Made by a program: the position numbers and the translations under genes
Origin: Octopus bimaculoides
Taxonomy: Eukaryota
Direction of reading: 5' to 3'
Assembly (NCBI RefSeq): GCF_001194135.2
Contig: NC_068981.1
Span: 65,440,727-65,498,003, forward strand
DNA length: 57,277 bases
The notes under the pieces: generated by a model
What the model saw: only the letters and a program-made list of their open reading frames with translations
Databases searched by the model: none
Told to the model about the DNA's origin: nothing
Shown here: in pieces, positions 53,613 to 57,277 of the stretch
Numbering within the stretch: position 1 is the stretch's first letter
How the letters are laid out: each line of letters begins with the position of its first letter

Positions 53613-54109
53613 ATGCATATATAGCCTTATCTCTCTCTCGTTTTCATGCTTTTTTAAATTCTTCTTGTCTTTCTTCTTCTCTTCCATTTCTCTCTTCTTC
53701 CTCCTCTTTCCTATATTCATTCATTCTACACCTCAGGTTACATTAGCTATTAGATGTAACAACAATGATGATGATGATGATATAATGTACTAGTTTAACA
53801 ATTGTAGCCCTTTTTTCTTAATTCATCGATTAGAAAACCCCTTCTATCTCAGCCTGCTGATGTAGGAAATATTCTGTTAGTTTCCAGCAATGTATGTGTA
53901 GAAGGGTGCTTGCTTACTTGCTCTAAACATATGTAATCAACTGTCATATACATGGAGTGGGGATGAAAGTTCAAAGCATTCATGGGGTCTCATTGCCACC
54001 AACCCCACTCACACACACAACCTCCCTTCATTCACATTATTCATTTATCAGTTAATTCACTTGCTAATTCATTCACACAGTTTCTGTGTGTGTGCGTTTG
54101 TACAGATTC

Positions 54110-54330
54110 TTTTATTCTTTTACTTGTTTCAGTCATTTGACTGCAGCCATGCTGGAGCACCGTTTTTAGTCGAACAAATCGACCTCAGGACTTTTTCTTT
54201 GAAACCTAGTACTTATTCAATCAGCCTCTTTTGCCAAACCACTAAGTTACGAGGACATAAACACAGCAACATCGGTTGTCAAGCGATGGGAAAGAGACAA
54301 ACACAGACACACAAACATATACACACATTA
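54110..54330 (-). mobile_element. SINE family B, 3' half
   Basis: TTACTTGTTTCAGTCATTTGACTGCAGCCATGCTGGAGCACC...GGACATAAACACAGCAACATCGGTTGTCAAGCG. Confidence 0.85.
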
Positions 54331-54339
54331 TATATTAAT

Positions 54340-54544
54340 AATAATATGGCAACAAAAGAATGAATGAGACTTCGATATTATGTAAAGTAGAGGAATTTAT
54401 CTATAAATATAATGTGACAATCAGTTGGTTGTCATAATAAAACTCAGAGTTTTGGATACTGGGGCTGTGTCTACTCCGGCATCTCATCAGTTATTAAGGT
54501 ATCTAAAACTCTGAGTTTTATTATGACAACCAACTAATTGTTGC

Positions 54545-54548
<4 letters not shown>
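54340..54548 (-). mobile_element. Foldback short element with a hammerhead-like core (Penelope/retrozyme-like)
   Basis: 37-bp inverted arms 54423-54459 and 54499-54535 (one G-U); hammerhead-like layout on the minus strand at 54496-54435; related copy at 41345-41425. Confidence 0.6.
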
Positions 54549-54605
<57 letters not shown>

Positions 54606-54819
54606 TCAGCTACTTTCAGTTTAAGACAACCACCTGGCCCTTGGATACCTTTAGCAGAGTTCACTCCGTTGCACACATTTGATGCATTTGTGCCAAGCCT
54701 TAGTTTGCGCATAACCACCTATCTTCCCACCACCAATCTAGGAATCCTTGCAAGAGTAGGGATCATGAATGCTGCCATACTTTCCTTGTCTAAATAATAA
54801 AGCAAAACGAAAATAAAAG

Positions 54820-54933
54820 ATGTGTGTGTGTGTGTATACACATACATATATTTGTGAATGTGTGTGTGTGTGTATATATATATACATACATACACACACA
54901 CACACACACATACATATATATATACATACATAC

Positions 54934-54982
<49 letters not shown>

Positions 54983-55025
54983 TATATACACACACACATA
55001 CACACACACACACACACACACAAAT
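54820..55025. repeat. Compound (TG)/(TA)/(CA) microsatellite
   Basis: Directly visible. Confidence 0.96.
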
Positions 55026-55496
55026 GCACATGTATGTATGGTTATGTGTGTATGGATGTTATATAATCAATTAAAATGACCTCATGGTTAGCTTCCCCAG
55101 TTACCTTCTATCACCCACCATCCTACCTACCTGCTCATCCTTCCACCATTAATGATTACTTTGAACTTGGTAAGATATTTTACTTCTTCTCCCTCCCTCT
55201 TACTTTTTCATTTAATTTCATTTCATTTTCGTTGTCTCATCAATTTTTTTCTACTCTGTTCATTTTTCTTTGTACATTTGATAATTAATAAAAAGAGAAA
55301 AAAATTGAATAAAAAAATTATATAATAAACAACAGTATATAATAATATATTGCAGTATATACAACAGTATGTGTATAATAAATTATTTCATACATAAGTT
55401 TTCTTTTTTTATTTAATTTTCATTTAATATTAGTGGTAGTTAAGTAAGTTTGATGAAAATTTCAGCCTATTTTCTTGCTTTAAAAGAAAACTTGGT

Positions 55497-55524
55497 TTAA
55501 CCCTTTAACATTTAAACCAGCCAT
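55497..55524. mobile_element. Left end of MITE family M1
   Basis: TTAA|CCCTTTAACATTTAAACCAGCCAT matches the M1 left terminus. Confidence 0.65.
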
Positions 55525-55525
55525 G

Positions 55526-56015
55526 CAAGGCCTGATCAATAAGTATCCGGACTGTTGTCATAGTAACATAACTAAAGCACATAGAGTAAAGTCACTTGGC
55601 AAAGATTGACTTTGTACACTGCTGTACATGTGCACTAACATTCTACTTCACTTCTGCTGTTTACAGCAGTGCTTGGAAGGAAGGTGTGTAGCATGGAATC
55701 ATTGCATTGACCATGACAGAGAAAGTTATCATGGTGATACCTGCTCAGAGGTGTATGCAAAGTTGCAAAAAGTCTATGGAGAGGAGTGTATGAGTGGTTC
55801 AAACGTTTCCAAGATGGCCGAAAAGATGTCAATATTTATGAACATTCTGAGAAATCCACAAGCAGCAGAACTGAGAAAAACGTCACAGATGTGCATGCTG
55901 CTGTGAGGAAAAATCATCGAATCACCATCCCTGAGTTATCAGAGGATGTGCAGATTATTTACTGTTCAGTTCAGTCTATTATCACTGAAGATTTGAGTAT
56001 GAGACACGTGTTTAG
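55526..56015 (+). mobile_element. Mariner 5' fragment with transposase HTH pseudogene
   Basis: TIR-like CAAGGCCTGATCAATAAGTATCCGGAC. MTEKV / GDTCSEVYAKLQKVYGEECMS / VYEWFKRFQDGRKDV...RITIPELSEDVQIIYCSVQSIITEDLSMRHV is the mariner N-terminal bipartite HTH region, frameshifted. Confidence 0.93.
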
Positions 56016-57277
56016 CACATTTTAAAAAAATTATTATTTTACTTGTTTCAGTCATTTCACTGTGGCCATGCTGGAGCCAATGGCGATTTTATTGAATAAA
56101 TTCACTGTTTAGTATTTCAAGATATTTTTATGTAATTTTGGTAAATATATCTGTTAAAAGGAGATGTCAGTGTTATTTTCATTTTTGTGTAATTTAGACA
56201 ACAATTTATTCCCCACTCTCAGTTTGTACATACATGGTTTACAAAGTTCGCTTTGTGACCATGTGGTTCCTGCTGAAGCCCATTGTACAAATACACACAC
56301 AAACATGGTCATCAACATAATTTTTCTGTTTACTTTGACACAGTGTTGGTATAGGTCGGATGCATCATCATAGTCTGAGTCGGTTCTTAATATAGAACTA
56401 CTGCCCTCAAAAACAAGGCAATAAGACCATGTCTCAGAACCTTCTAATTTTAGCATATACATGTTTGTGCTCATGAATGTCGTTTATCTTGTGTCCCATA
56501 TTATATCTAGTAAATAAGATGTTCAACAAATAATAATCAATTAAACAAACACTGAAGCCAATATTATTCCTTTGAATGTGGTGTGTCAGCATGATCAACA
56601 TCAAAACAGATGTGTAGACACAATCATTTGTCCATTGTTTTTAACATCTACTTTTCCATACTTACATTGATCAGATAGAATTTATTAAGACAGATTTTCT
56701 GCAGCCAGATACCTCTTCTGTCTCCAACCCTCACCTGTTTCCCAAATAAGATATTTCTCCATGGCCAGACATGTTTTCACACAAGAGCAGAATTAAAGGA
56801 CATGCTTGTATGGTGGTGACACTTGTGTACAACTAGCACGTTATACTAAGACAAGGAGGCATAAATACGCACACACACGTACATATATACAGTAACATTC
56901 TGGCTAGACTACACTTGCTGAAGGTGTCCTACAATGAGACTGAACCCCAAAACTGTGTGGCTGGGAAGCAAACTCCTTGATCACACAGCATGTGTGTACT
57001 ATATTCATAATTTCTCTGTGTTCATATATGTATGTTTATATATATATATATATAAACATAATTAAGGGATCAGCAAACATTTGCTTCACCACATACCGAA
57101 GTTCAGAAATAGCAGCTAAAAAAGCTGAGACTCCAACAGATAGCATTACTTGTAACTCACAAAGGCAAAAACAAGAAGAAAAAACAATGAAAACTAACCA
57201 TTCGAAATTATATAAGTTCTCCACCGATAATGGTGTTTACATACCGAAGGGCTTGGTAAAAATTATTAATTGTTGAT

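Overview
Animal genomic DNA: AT-rich, dense in microsatellites, with five N-gaps. The repeat families look like those of a coleoid cephalopod (Octopus-like); this is inference, not a database result. No intact protein-coding gene, rRNA, tRNA gene or CRISPR array can be supported. Almost all ORFs in the track are translations of (TA)n/(TG)n/(CA)n/(CT)n tracts or of N-gaps. The window reads as intronic or intergenic sequence filled with transposable-element relics: at least three tRNA-derived SINE families, RTE-type LINE 3' ends, a LINE 5'/ORF1 fragment, a Helitron Pif1-helicase 3' end, two mariner relics and TTAA/CCC piggyBac-type MITEs. A few short segments on the minus strand have strong splice signals and may be exons of an unidentified transcript. 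The most unusual signals are: (1) a foldback repeat containing a near-complete minimal type I hammerhead-ribozyme layout (Penelope/retrozyme-like), (2) a perfect hairpin that buries a consensus 5' splice site, (3) an inverted six-SINE array, (4) a SINE split by a Helitron+LINE composite insert, and (5) a tandem array of small stem-loops. Repeat boundaries were read by eye and are approximate.
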